Source: Candidatus Bathyarchaeota archaeon
GTDB taxonomy: Archaea > Thermoproteota > Bathyarchaeia > Bathyarchaeales > DTEX01
NCBI GenBank assembly: GCA_963714275.1
Contig: CAVQNT010000002.1
Coordinates: 64,001-128,000 of the forward strand
Direction: 5' to 3'
DNA length: 64,000 bases
Positions 9,150 through 18,568 of the stretch are shown here, in pieces. The notes below the pieces were generated by a model that saw only the letters and a list, made by a program, of their open reading frames with translations, did no database searches and was not told where the DNA came from. Position numbers and translations under genes: made by a program. Position 1 is the stretch's first letter. Each line of letters opens with the position of its first letter.

Positions 9150-10547
9150 GTGGGAAGGGAAGACGTCCCAATTTTAACCAATTCAATGAGCACCCCGGCA
9201 AGCCTGAAGAAAAATAGTTTCATATTCTATGGCTGGTATATCACTATCACAGGCCTCCTGTCCTATGCTTTGGGCTATGGGGCGCGATATTCCTTCTCGG
9301 TTATTTTCCCATCGCTTCTGGAAGAGTTCAAATGGCCCAGGGATATAACGGCGGCCATGCTCTCCGTTCACATTCTGGCTTATGGCTTCATTGCTCCGGT
9401 TGCTGGCTACTTGGTGGACAGGACCGGCCCCAGGAAAACGATGGTCCTCGGGGCCACGCTGCTATCCCTCGGTTTGGCCCTATCGCGATGGGGGAGCGAG
9501 CCGTGGCACTTCTATCTCAGTTTTGGCGTCCTGTCCGGAACGGGCCTTTGTCTCATCGGGTCTGTTCCCTTCACCACCGTCATCAGAAATTGGTTTGAAA
9601 GGAAACGAGGTCTGGCCTTATCTCTCATGTTTTTCGGTTCCGGTGGGGCCTTTGCCTTCTACCCCGCCGTCGCCTGGCTCATTGTTCATGTGGGCTGGCG
9701 CAACACTTTTTTGATCGAAGCCTTCATTCTGGCCGGGGTTATGATCCCCCTTTTCATTCTCATCGTGCGATATCACCCCATGGAGAAGGGGTTGGTCCAG
9801 GATGGATATGCAGAAAAAGGAGAGACCTTTTCACCTAAAGCACGGAAAACCATGCAGATTATGGATGCAGCGTGGGCCGCGATAGACTGGACGTTTCCCA
9901 AGGCGATAAGAACTGGCCGGTTCTGGCTGCTCTCTTTAGCGATCTTCTCCCTGTGGGGGGTCATGGAACATATTATGGTGACTCATCATGTTGCTTTCGC
10001 CATAGATGTGGGCTACTCCAAAATCTATGCCTCTTCCGTCTTATCCTTATTCGGGATTCTGTTTGCTTTTGGCTCTCTGGCGGGGCTGATTTCTGACCGG
10101 ATCGGGCGCGAGCTCACCGTCACAATCGGCACACTTGTCGGCATCTCCGCCATCGTGGTTCTCATGCTCATCAAGGATACCTCTCAACCCTGGATGCTTT
10201 ATTACTATGCCTTGGGTCTGGGGGCGGGCATCGGGATCTGCGCACCGACCATCACTGCTGCGATCACGGACATTTTCCAGGGTCCCAGGGTCGGTTTTGT
10301 CATCGGGTTTATCTGGGTCGGCTTTGCCGTAGGGGGCGCGATCGGGCCGTGGCTGGGCGGTTGGCTATTTGAATTGAGCGGGAACTACTGGCTGGCTTTC
10401 CTGGTGGCCACCATTCTTTATGCCATAGCCTGTGCGGCAATCTGGTTGGCTGCGCCGCGGAAGGTCCGGCGGGTTTCAGGACTAGTCAGACATGTCCAGC
10501 TTCACAAAAGACCGGCGGAAAAGGCCAGGGAGAATTGCCCTAAGTAA
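9150..10547 (+). CDS. MFS transporter (OFA/MCT-like)
   Basis: About 12 TM segments; GYLVDRTGPR, WFERKRGLA, SDRIGRE. Confidence 0.9.
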   Translation: MGREDVPILTNSMSTPASLKKNSFIFYGWYITITGLLSYALGYGARYSFSVIFPSLLEEFKWPRDITAAMLSVHILAYGFIAPVAGYLVDRTGPRKTMVLGATLLSLGLALSRWGSEPWHFYLSFGVLSGTGLCLIGSVPFTTVIRNWFERKRGLALSLMFFGSGGAFAFYPAVAWLIVHVGWRNTFLIEAFILAGVMIPLFILIVRYHPMEKGLVQDGYAEKGETFSPKARKTMQIMDAAWAAIDWTFPKAIRTGRFWLLSLAIFSLWGVMEHIMVTHHVAFAIDVGYSKIYASSVLSLFGILFAFGSLAGLISDRIGRELTVTIGTLVGISAIVVLMLIKDTSQPWMLYYYALGLGAGIGICAPTITAAITDIFQGPRVGFVIGFIWVGFAVGGAIGPWLGGWLFELSGNYWLAFLVATILYAIACAAIWLAAPRKVRRVSGLVRHVQLHKRPAEKARENCPK

Positions 10548-11140
10548 TATAAAGGTAACCCGATTAGCCGATTTTGGAATTCATCCCTTATAAATTTATC
10601 TCGCGCCACAAACAGGTCCGAGAAATAGAAGCACGAAGCTCCCATTAGGATGAGCACCTTTGCAGGAGCGGGGAAAGCAGATTTCCAAAAAACTGCCCAG
10701 GCTCCAGAAAACATCACCGTGATAACCAGGATATAGAACAACACGGGGACCAGCATGGATTTTAAATGCGGACGCAGCCAGAAAAATATGATAGCGCTAA
10801 GACACGCAATGATGCCCGCTCCTGGAGAAATCCAACGGGCCAGGGAAGTGAGAGATGAAAAGCTGATGATGTAAAAGACATGCCCCAGCAAAAAGGCGCC
10901 CAGCCCCGCCAGAAACATTTTTTCTCCGGGAAGAGCCAGGCAAACATCACCGATCAAGCAAAAAATCAAACCGGCAAGTAGATAGAAGTAATATTGGGGA
11001 ACCAAGCGAGGCTGCAGAAGAGCAGTAACGACGAAAAGCAACGAAAGGATGGATTTAGTAATTAAAATAGATTTTTTATTTCCCCTTTTTTCATAATGGA
11101 GGAGAATAACCAGCAAAATAAGGCTGAAAATGATGATCAA
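10502..11140 (-). CDS. Lysoplasmalogenase, YhhN family
   Basis: KSILS, GDVCL, FLLGHVFY, FYFSD and YYLGQ motifs. Confidence 0.9.
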   Translation of the reverse strand: MIIIFSLILLVILLHYEKRGNKKSILITKSILSLLFVVTALLQPRLVPQYYFYLLAGLIFCLIGDVCLALPGEKMFLAGLGAFLLGHVFYIISFSSLTSLARWISPGAGIIACLSAIIFFWLRPHLKSMLVPVLFYILVITVMFSGAWAVFWKSAFPAPAKVLILMGASCFYFSDLFVARDKFIRDEFQNRLIGLPLYYLGQFSLAFSAGLL

Positions 11141-11231
11141 ACGCCTGAATCATGATTCCCCCGCCCATCTTCCTTGGTATTGTAGCACATCCAGGCATCG
11201 GGAATGAAAAACAAAAGCTTTTCTCCAGAAA

Positions 11232-11259
11232 CTTGACATTCTTGAAGAAAAAGTGATAA
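11232..11259 (+). promoter_or_regulatory. Putative sigma70 promoter of the intI remnant
   Basis: TTGACA-16 bp-GATAAT, then RBS GGAGG before ATG 11294. Confidence 0.5.
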
Positions 11260-11293
11260 TCTTCACTTGTCCCCAAAGCGAGGAGGGAAGCCC

Positions 11294-11612
11294 ATGCCAG
11301 AGGCTAACTCCGCACCAATTCTTTCCAATCCACCCAGCCGATACCCACGAATTGCGCCTGAGCCTGCTCAGAAACCGAGGCTCCTGGACAGTCTCCGCGA
11401 AGCGCTGCACTCCCGCCATTACAGCCGAAGAACTAAGTTCCGCAATGGATTTTTCCATTTAACTCATGTTGACCTTTTTAGGCTGAAAACTCCCTCTCCC
11501 TCATTCCTTTGCTACCCATTTGCAGGAGGTGGGCTACGATATTTGGACCTTTCAGGAACTTCTGGGGCACAATGATGTCAAAACCACGATGATTGAATAT
11601 ATGGGAGATTAA
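11294..11612 (+). pseudogene. intI: Integron integrase remnant with a large internal deletion
   Basis: N-terminal KPRLLDSLREALHSRHYSRRT; in another frame (~11499-11612) the C-terminal box [34 protein letters not shown]. Confidence 0.85.
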
Positions 11613-11630
11613 TATTCAAGGAGGATAAAG

Positions 11631-11819
11631 ATGACCAGATGGGAGTATCTCTATTTCACCGATGCCGAAAAGGAGACGGCAACACTGCATCCGCCAACTC
11701 ATAAGGAGAAATTGAACAAACTCGGCCAGGAAGGATGGGAACTAATCGGTATTGTTTCCGACCAGATGGGAAAAATCCAGAAGCTGTACTTCAAAAGGCC
11801 GATCGGGGCTGGCACTTAA
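11631..11819 (+). CDS. DUF4177-like small protein
   Basis: WEY...LNKLGQEGWELI...YFKRP; RBS AAGGAGG. Confidence 0.8.
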   Translation: MTRWEYLYFTDAEKETATLHPPTHKEKLNKLGQEGWELIGIVSDQMGKIQKLYFKRPIGAGT

Positions 11820-12020
11820 ATTTATCTTGGTGAAGTTTAGCAAATTTTGGAAAAGCTAATCTGTTGTGCGACCCGAAATGGGATGGGGGTGAACCTGTAT
11901 TTTAGGGTCCAAATCCCAGTGTTTTGCAGATGGCCCCATTGTTTGGACCGAGATTTAGGTTGGCATAATGGGTTGAATGTAGACGTCAAAACCCCAAACT
12001 CCAGGAAAGGAGAAAACTTT

Positions 12021-12647
12021 ATGGTTTCGAAAAGTAAACAGATGATTTTGGCATGCCTCTTAATCTTTCTGCTTCTGGGTTGCCACCCGGCCAAAGAAAA
12101 GCTGCCCATGGATCAGAACTCAGTCGAACCGGGAACCTCTGTAACCTTTAAGGGAGACCGAATAAAGCTAATTGGAACGCCTATATCCATTGGGAAGCCT
12201 TTGCCTTCTGGCCTGCTGGTGGATGCCATGACCATGAAAGACGTGGATCTATCTCAGGAAAAGGGCTCAATCCTCTTCTTGAGTATCGTTCCCTCTTTAG
12301 ACACCCCGGTGTGTGAAGCCCAAACTCATGAGCTGGCCGAAAAAAGCGATAAGCTCCCCAAGGAGGTGCGGAAAATCACCATCAGCCGCGACACCCCTTT
12401 TGCTCAGAAACGTTTCGCTACTGAAGCCAAGCTCACCAACATCCAATATTTATCGGATTATAAGGAAGGAAGCTTTGGACGAGCAAATGGGATTTTACTG
12501 GACGGATTGATGCTTCTTACCCGAGCGGTGATTCTGGTAGACAAGAAAGGGATCGTTCGATATATCCAGGTTGTTCCGGAAATAACCCATCTCCCGGATA
12601 TGGATAAGGCAATCCAGCAGGCGATCGAACTGGCCAAAGAGTCTTAA
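12021..12647 (+). CDS. tpx: Thiol peroxidase (Tpx-type peroxiredoxin), predicted lipoprotein
   Basis: PSLDTPVC, ISRDTPFAQ, LTRAV; lipobox LLGC; ATG 12021 follows AAAGGAG. Confidence 0.85.
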   Translation: MVSKSKQMILACLLIFLLLGCHPAKEKLPMDQNSVEPGTSVTFKGDRIKLIGTPISIGKPLPSGLLVDAMTMKDVDLSQEKGSILFLSIVPSLDTPVCEAQTHELAEKSDKLPKEVRKITISRDTPFAQKRFATEAKLTNIQYLSDYKEGSFGRANGILLDGLMLLTRAVILVDKKGIVRYIQVVPEITHLPDMDKAIQQAIELAKES

Positions 12648-12809
12648 GGGGAGGGACCATTCCAACAGAGGTTGCTAAGGGGATGAATATATCAGTACAG
12701 AGTGTTCTTCGTGGGTTAGAAAAGGGGGAAGGAGAATTTGACAAAAGGGAATGGATACTTGCCGATTTCTTGCAACAACGGAGATAACGGAGCTACGTCC
12801 CCTCCCAGT

Positions 12810-13004
12810 CCGATATTTGTCACGCAACTTTCCGATAAATCGAGGCAGGCTGTTTTGATCCCGGGAAGAAAAATGGTACTTCTCACAGTAGTCCAAATAA
12901 TAACGAAGCCATTTCCTATAGGACCATAGCAGAGGGTCCGGAATGGCCTTGCTCCGCAAATGATCTTCAAACCTTGTCTGTAAGGCTGGAGGGATAGCCT
13001 GCAT
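12810..13004 (-). pseudogene. intI: Truncated long-form integron integrase (N-terminal extension only)
   Basis: IPPALQTRFEDHL...YRKWLRYYLDYCEKY...SLPRFIGKL resembles the N-terminus of long deltaproteobacterial IntI (recalled family pattern); divergent from the attI and cassette array. Confidence 0.65.
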
Positions 13005-13204
13005 GTGGCACCTCTCCTCCGAATAACATTAATAATGAAATGATATACGGAAAGATAAGAATAAAGGATTGAGAAATAATTGTCAAGATATTATATAATA
13101 AATTCTATCGGTTAATGGGTTTCCGGGTTTTTAAGAGACCAGGTAATCAATAAGGAGGGAGACCTCCTGATGGGCGCAGACTTTATGAGCCATTGGAGAT
13201 ATCC

Positions 13205-13230
13205 AGAAACCATAGAATAACTTGTTGGGC
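13205..13230 (+). other. Putative attI site (crossover G|TTGGGC at 13224)
   Basis: GTTGGGC is the exact complement of R'' GCCCAAC of the first attC and lies between intI and the first cassette. Confidence 0.7.
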
Positions 13231-13372
13231 CATAGACCAAATTGGAATAGCATTACGGCGAGTAGAATCAATCATGCGCTCAGTCCTGTCGATAGAGAGT
13301 TTGAAGTGAAGAAGCATGGTTCGCCCGTATGCCGATGACTATCTCATTGTCAAACTCCAGGGGGTACAACAA

Positions 13373-14509
13373 ATGGCTGAAAGAGAACGGCTTTGCTATG
13401 TGGACAACCTCAAGGTCTTCCTAATAGTTCTGGTTATCGTGCATCATGTCGGGCAGGCATACGGATCCACGGGAGGAATCTGGTTCTATTCATATCCGGG
13501 TGAACGAGTGAAGGCGTTGGGTCTTCTGTTTCTTTTCAATGCCTCGTTTTTCATGGGGCTTTTCTTCTTTGTATCGGGGTATTTTTTTCCTGCATCGTTT
13601 GATCGCCACGGCGTCCGTAAGTTCGTTACCGACAAGCTCATTCGATTTGGTGTTCCGCTCGCTTTTGCGGCGTTTGTCATGAGTCCTCTGCTTAGTTATG
13701 TCATGTATTCAAACTACGTCAGTCCGATCAACTTCACAGATTTCTACATTCAGCATTGGTTCGGATACACCTCGAATGCAGGCATCCACCAACACCTATT
13801 CAACTTCGCGCATTTCTGGTTCATAGAACATCTGTTGGTCTATGCGATGCTATATGCCGGCCTGAGAATGGCACTACAAAAATGGAAGGTTTCCCTCTCG
13901 ATTTCCAAGACATTGCGCGCCAGATTGTATGTGATCGTCCTCTTTATCTTGTTCCTTGGCATCGTAACAAATCTCATGCGAACATTATGGGGATTTCCCA
14001 CGGACCGATGGATTTTTCTTTTTGGATTCATACAGATGGAGCCGGCACACATCCCACAGTATGTGTCTCTTTTTGTTATCGGCGTCTTCGCCTATAGATG
14101 GTCCCTTCTGAAATCAATCACTGCGCCACGGAATATGCTCTGGCTTCTAGCTGGAGCAGGCGTATACATCGCAACCATAGTAGTGTGGTATAGCAGAGGT
14201 CCTGCACGGGCCCAATTCGGATGGGAATTCAAAGAGGCCTTGCTGTGTGTTGGCGTCTGCATAGGACTCCTCGCTCTGTTCAAGACCTTTCTCAATCGGA
14301 CGGGGTCTATCATGCGGGCGCTGTCAGAGAATACGTACGGTGTGTACATCGTGCATGTGCCAGTGGTCGTCGCGCTCCAGTACGCATTCAGCCCTATCCG
14401 ACAAGGGGCATTCACTCTTTTTGTCATAGTGTCGTTTCTTTCAATCGTCGGTTCATTTTCCGCGTCATTTCTTATACGGACGATCCCTGCTGTAAGGCGG
14501 GTTCTGTGA
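13373..14509 (+). CDS. Acyltransferase family 3 (OpgC-like), gene cassette 1
   Basis: YVDNLK, HHVG, FFMGLFFFVSGYF, HFWFI, YGVYIVH. Confidence 0.9.
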   Translation: MAERERLCYVDNLKVFLIVLVIVHHVGQAYGSTGGIWFYSYPGERVKALGLLFLFNASFFMGLFFFVSGYFFPASFDRHGVRKFVTDKLIRFGVPLAFAAFVMSPLLSYVMYSNYVSPINFTDFYIQHWFGYTSNAGIHQHLFNFAHFWFIEHLLVYAMLYAGLRMALQKWKVSLSISKTLRARLYVIVLFILFLGIVTNLMRTLWGFPTDRWIFLFGFIQMEPAHIPQYVSLFVIGVFAYRWSLLKSITAPRNMLWLLAGAGVYIATIVVWYSRGPARAQFGWEFKEALLCVGVCIGLLALFKTFLNRTGSIMRALSENTYGVYIVHVPVVVALQYAFSPIRQGAFTLFVIVSFLSIVGSFSASFLIRTIPAVRRVL

Positions 14510-14525
14510 TAGTTGACAAAAGGCT

Positions 14526-14582
14526 GCCCAACAAGACGTTGGAGCCGACTCGTTACACTCGCGGCTCAATTCTCCGTTCCCC
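14526..14582 (+). other. attC site 1
   Basis: R'' GCCCAAC; L'' GTTGGAGC pairs with L' GCTCAAT with an extrahelical G; non-canonical R' GTTCCCC. Confidence 0.8.
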
Positions 14583-14660
14583 CCTCCGCTTCGCTCCGGG
14601 GGGAACGCGGCGCTGAGCGGTAGTGCCTGGTTCTCCCCTCCGCTACGCTACGGGGAGAAC
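14576..14660. repeat. Two 31-bp hairpins (14576-14606 and 14630-14660) flanking an inverted partial attC
   Basis: 27 of 31 positions identical, including a compensatory C-G to T-A change. Confidence 0.85.
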
Positions 14661-14712
14661 CAGGCACTGGAGACGGATGCCCTTCGGGGCACCGCTCAGC
14701 GCCGCATTAGGC
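14654..14712 (+). other. attC site 2 (ORF-less unit)
   Basis: GGAGAAC-CAGGC-ACTG[G]AG[A]CGG...CCGCTCAGC-GCCGC-ATTAGGC; two extrahelical bases; R' begins with A instead of G. Confidence 0.7.
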
Positions 14713-14753
14713 AGTGACCGAATCTATTCACACCCGTAAGGAGATTTTCTGCA

Positions 14754-15500
14754 TTGGATATTCCACGGATCTTCAACATCACCGAAAGTGCTCACCGCAT
14801 CCATAACCCGTTCACACCCGAAAAGCTCGCCACTCTCGGCGCGGCGCTGCGTCTGGAAACGGGAACCCGAGTGCTCGACCTCGGCAGCGGTTCGGGGGAG
14901 ATGCTGTGCACCTGGGCACGCGATTACGGAGTCATCGGCACCGGCATCGACATGAGCCAGTTGTTCACCGAGCAAGCGAAACTCCGCGCTGAAAAACTCG
15001 GTGTCGCCGATCAAGTCAAGTTCATCCATGGCGATGCTGCCGGCTTCGTCTCTGACGAGAAGGCCGGTGTGGCAGCCTGTCTCGGTGCCACGTGGATCGC
15101 TGGGGGAGTCGTCGGCACCATCGAGCTTCTGGCGCAGAGCCTCCGCCCCGGAGGGATCATCCTCATCGGCGAGCCCTACTGGCGGCAGTTACCGCCGACG
15201 GAAGATGTTGCCAGGGGGTGTCTTGCCGGCTCAATCTCCGACTTTCTCCTGCTTCCAGAACTTCTCGCGTCTTTCGGCCACCTCGGCTACGACGTCGTGG
15301 AAATGGTTTTGGCAGACCAAGACAGCTGGGACAGATACGAGGCGGCCAAGTGGCTCACCATGCGCCGATGGCTTGAAGCCAATCCCGACGACGAGTTCGC
15401 GAAAGATGTTCGAGCCAAACTAACCTCGGAACCCGAGCGCTACGCCGCTTACACGCGTGAATACCTGGGCTGGGGTGTGTTCGCGCTGATGCCGCGGTGA
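14754..15500 (+). CDS. Class I SAM-dependent methyltransferase (YjhP-like), gene cassette
   Basis: HRIHNPFT, VLDLGSGSG, CLGATWI, REYLGWGVF; visibly more GC-rich than its flanks. Confidence 0.9.
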   Translation: MDIPRIFNITESAHRIHNPFTPEKLATLGAALRLETGTRVLDLGSGSGEMLCTWARDYGVIGTGIDMSQLFTEQAKLRAEKLGVADQVKFIHGDAAGFVSDEKAGVAACLGATWIAGGVVGTIELLAQSLRPGGIILIGEPYWRQLPPTEDVARGCLAGSISDFLLLPELLASFGHLGYDVVEMVLADQDSWDRYEAAKWLTMRRWLEANPDDEFAKDVRAKLTSEPERYAAYTREYLGWGVFALMPR

Positions 15501-15638
15501 TGCGTTGGCGCATCCGGCGGATCGTCAACGGCTGTGCCGCGCAACAGCTGGTGGCTCGCCGAGATGTGATTGCGCCTGAATTCATTTCTTATGGTCTAGT
15601 TATCCGTGCAATCAACAGAAAGGCTCTGTCTCAAGCAG

Positions 15639-15698
15639 GCCTAACAATTCATTCAAGCCGACGCCGCTTCGCGGCGCGGCTTAATTCAGGCGTTAGGC
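15639..15698 (+). other. attC site 3 (60 bp, canonical)
   Basis: GCCTAAC AATTC ATTCAAGCCG...CGGCTTAAT TCAGGC GTTAGGC. Confidence 0.95.
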
Positions 15699-15764
15699 AC
15701 ATATACGAAATGAATACAGGAGTAGAAGAAAAATATGTAAGCATCCTTAATTTAGAGAAAATCG

Positions 15765-16433
15765 ATGAAAAAGCCACACCTCAACGATTTTAACCTCACG
15801 GAAGACTCTCTAAAGGAACAACGCCGAAAGCGATTTAAATTGAAGTTTGTAATGGTCCCCATGTCGTTGTTGGTTGTTGTTGCTAACTATTGGTTCTGGC
15901 TATCGGCTTTCGGCGCAATTGGTAATTGGTCTTTACTTGGGCTATTTTTAACCCTTTGGGGGGTAATTCCCGGTGTGGCTTCATATATGCTATTGGATAG
16001 CTACTTGGGGGAGCGCTCCTATGGCGGCTTAAAACGTTACGAAAGTGCTAAAAAGCATTATGACCAGTGGTTTGTTAGAACCCAATTTGCCTTTTGGGAC
16101 GCTTTAACTGGCAGGCAATTCGAGTATGAAGTTACAAATTTATTAAATAAAGCGGGGTACTCCGCAAGACTTACCCCGGCATCAGGCGATAAAGGTGTGG
16201 ACGTGCTCCTATCAGACGGAACCATTATCCAGTGCAAGACACATAAATCGCGCGTGTCCCCATTGGTAGCAAGGGAACTATATGGCACCCTTCAGCATTT
16301 TAAAGCGCCGCGAGCAATACTGATTTCGAAGAATGGATTTTCAAAAGGAGTTTACGAGTTTGTTCATGGAAAAAACATCGCGCTGTGGGATGTAAATAGC
16401 CTGATCGAAATGCAAAAAAGACAAGACAATTGA
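15765..16433 (+). CDS. Membrane-anchored Mrr-like restriction endonuclease, gene cassette (its attC is not in view)
   Basis: Two N-terminal TM helices; FEYEV, GDKGVDV, IIQCK, RELYG, GFSKG. Confidence 0.85.
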   Translation: MKKPHLNDFNLTEDSLKEQRRKRFKLKFVMVPMSLLVVVANYWFWLSAFGAIGNWSLLGLFLTLWGVIPGVASYMLLDSYLGERSYGGLKRYESAKKHYDQWFVRTQFAFWDALTGRQFEYEVTNLLNKAGYSARLTPASGDKGVDVLLSDGTIIQCKTHKSRVSPLVARELYGTLQHFKAPRAILISKNGFSKGVYEFVHGKNIALWDVNSLIEMQKRQDN

Positions 16434-16441
16434 TTCTTCTA

Positions 16442-17085
16442 GGAACCCGATTCTAGGCGTAGGAAGCGAGGAGCCTGCGAAACACAACGATTTTGATCCC
16501 AAACGCCATGCTGTTCAGTGCGCTTGTAATAAATTACACTCCGAAGGATCAGGGCGAACGCATCAGTCTGTCGAACAAACGTAAAGCAATGGCTGGGTCG
16601 CCTCAATCCGCCTTCATGCTTGACGAGTTCGTATTGCGGCTGAGTCTCGACTCAGACTGGGATGAAGCAGAAAAAATTCCCTCGACGCAGCAAAAGAAGT
16701 GACTGCAGATGTTATCAAAAAAACGGGCCAAGAGCCATACATCCGAGCGGATATGACTGACTGGTACGGCGTCTTTATGAGGCTCAGGTTTATGACCTTA
16801 GCCACGGACAGACCTATAGTAATACACGAAATTTCGAAAAAGGTCTACAAAGCAATACAAGCAAGCAAAAACGTAGACCTCGCCATACCCTACATTTACT
16901 CGTACAAAAAAGGCTTCCAGTGGGCACCTCCATTCTCTCTGGACAACGTGAACACGACAAGGAAGATTACACCTAACAACACGATGTTGATTTGTTCAAA
17001 CTGCGGAACAGAAAACGCGGGCGACTCAACATACTGTAACAAGTGCAGCAACAAATTGGCACTATCTGTAGACTATGTAAAGTAA
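16442..17085 (+). CDS. MscS mechanosensitive channel C-terminal part with zinc ribbon (5'-truncated, 2 indels)
   Basis: Joined frames give GVGSEEPA-NTTILIPNAMLF...DSDWDEAEKI...EPYIRAD...DLAIPY, then CSNCG..CNKC. Confidence 0.65.
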
Positions 17086-17444
17086 ATTGAAAACAGCTAA
17101 TTGAACCGTTAAGAATTCTACTTTTTCAGATTCCAATGGTAAAAAAAGTATTCTAAATATTCATCTCGTATTAACAGCATCTAAGTAATTAAATTTATAT
17201 CCCCAAACCCAAACACACGCTCTCTCTACCTTCCGTGACGATCAGTCAGACGGAGAGACGGACAGACAGAAATATATATCGCACAAAAAACTCTAGACGA
17301 AGACATGTATGTCTAATCGTTTCCGTGGTAGTAACAGGCAAACCACCAAATCCAAGATGTATACCTAAATTCTTTTTCTGGACTCATCGTTAACCATCTA
17401 GATGTTAAAAGTACATTGCCGTTACTTAGTGAGTGATTTGAGTT

Positions 17445-18136
17445 TTATGTCAACCTAATAGTGTATCGATTGCCTACCGATGGCTTATATAAGTCGTCTC
17501 CATCAAACTTTGAATAGATATCAATGGTGTTGCGCCACCAACCCATTCTTTTGACTATACATTCTATGTTGAAAGTCCCATCGCTCTAGTAGTCCCAGAA
17601 GCCATAAGGTTATCCCTCCTCGTACGTCTTACGTCAAAAATATGGATTCTGGCTCCATCTATGCTTTCTCCTTCATTAGTGCTGACCATTTTTCCAGTGA
17701 AATGTATAGTTGAATTTGCCTGAACGATACTTAAGGGTTCGTCTAAAGTGAGAGTACTTTCTTTCTTAGAAGCATATAGCCTTGGAGGATTACTTTTCGG
17801 TTGGCAGTAGATTTCCTTTTTTTCGATTCGAATCTTGTAGTGATATCTTGATTCCTGCGAAGGTGTGAAATTGACAAGCGTTTTTTCAGTTGAAAGCGGA
17901 GAAAGTGCCAACGCGAAGAATTCTTTCATTACCTTCTCGGCAAGTAAGGTGACAGTATCTCTGTAGATCTCCACCTCTACTAGGCTTGAAATTGTTTTTT
18001 TTCGCATTGGATTCTCAACTTGTATTTCAATTTGAACTGGATCATAAACTGAACATGTTGAAATCATCTGTCCTTCAGAATCCGTCCACCTTGACGAAAT
18101 ATATTGAAGAGTAGATTCATTTATCAAACATCTCAC
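17445..18136 (-). CDS. Hypothetical beta-rich (Ig-like) protein, indel near 17575
   Basis: 190-aa ORF continues in another frame to ...YSKFDGDDLYKPS...RLT*. Confidence 0.5.
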
Positions 18137-18175
18137 CTCAAAGGCTTTAGGTTCGGGAGAACACTACCTCATCCT

Positions 18176-18388
18176 TTATGGTAGATATGCGTAGATTAGG
18201 CAACATATTATTGCTAGAAAGCTTCCGACAAGTCCCCACATTATCCAATCCATCTCCAAGATTTGAGGAAAGACCTCAAGAAGGATTGGCAATGCTTTAA
18301 AGTAGACGAAGTTAACCGCTATGCCTAATAGAAATCCGACAAACCCAATAATAACGATCGCTCCAAGCATTTTTGATTTTTGTTCCAT
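18176..18388 (-). CDS. Small 2-TM membrane protein
   Basis: Two hydrophobic segments; upstream GAGTGTG. Confidence 0.6.
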   Translation of the reverse strand: MEQKSKMLGAIVIIGFVGFLLGIAVNFVYFKALPILLEVFPQILEMDWIMWGLVGSFLAIICCLIYAYLP

Positions 18389-18568
18389 CTATTTCACACT
18401 CTTTGACAAACTTTGACGATGTATCATCACAATGCTAGGTGAATCTTTTAGGGGTATTTTTATTTTCTCATTATGCTGGGCATCATGATCATATTATGCC
18501 GATATTGTACTCCTTGGGATCAGGTGTTCTGCTTAACGCTTTTTCTAGTGAGATTATGTTTTGCTATT

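Noticed and set aside
14576-14712. Group IIC-attC intron remnant
   Set aside because: No GUGYG start or domain V on either strand
15497-15793. 98-aa ORF
   Set aside because: Reads through attC3; spurious
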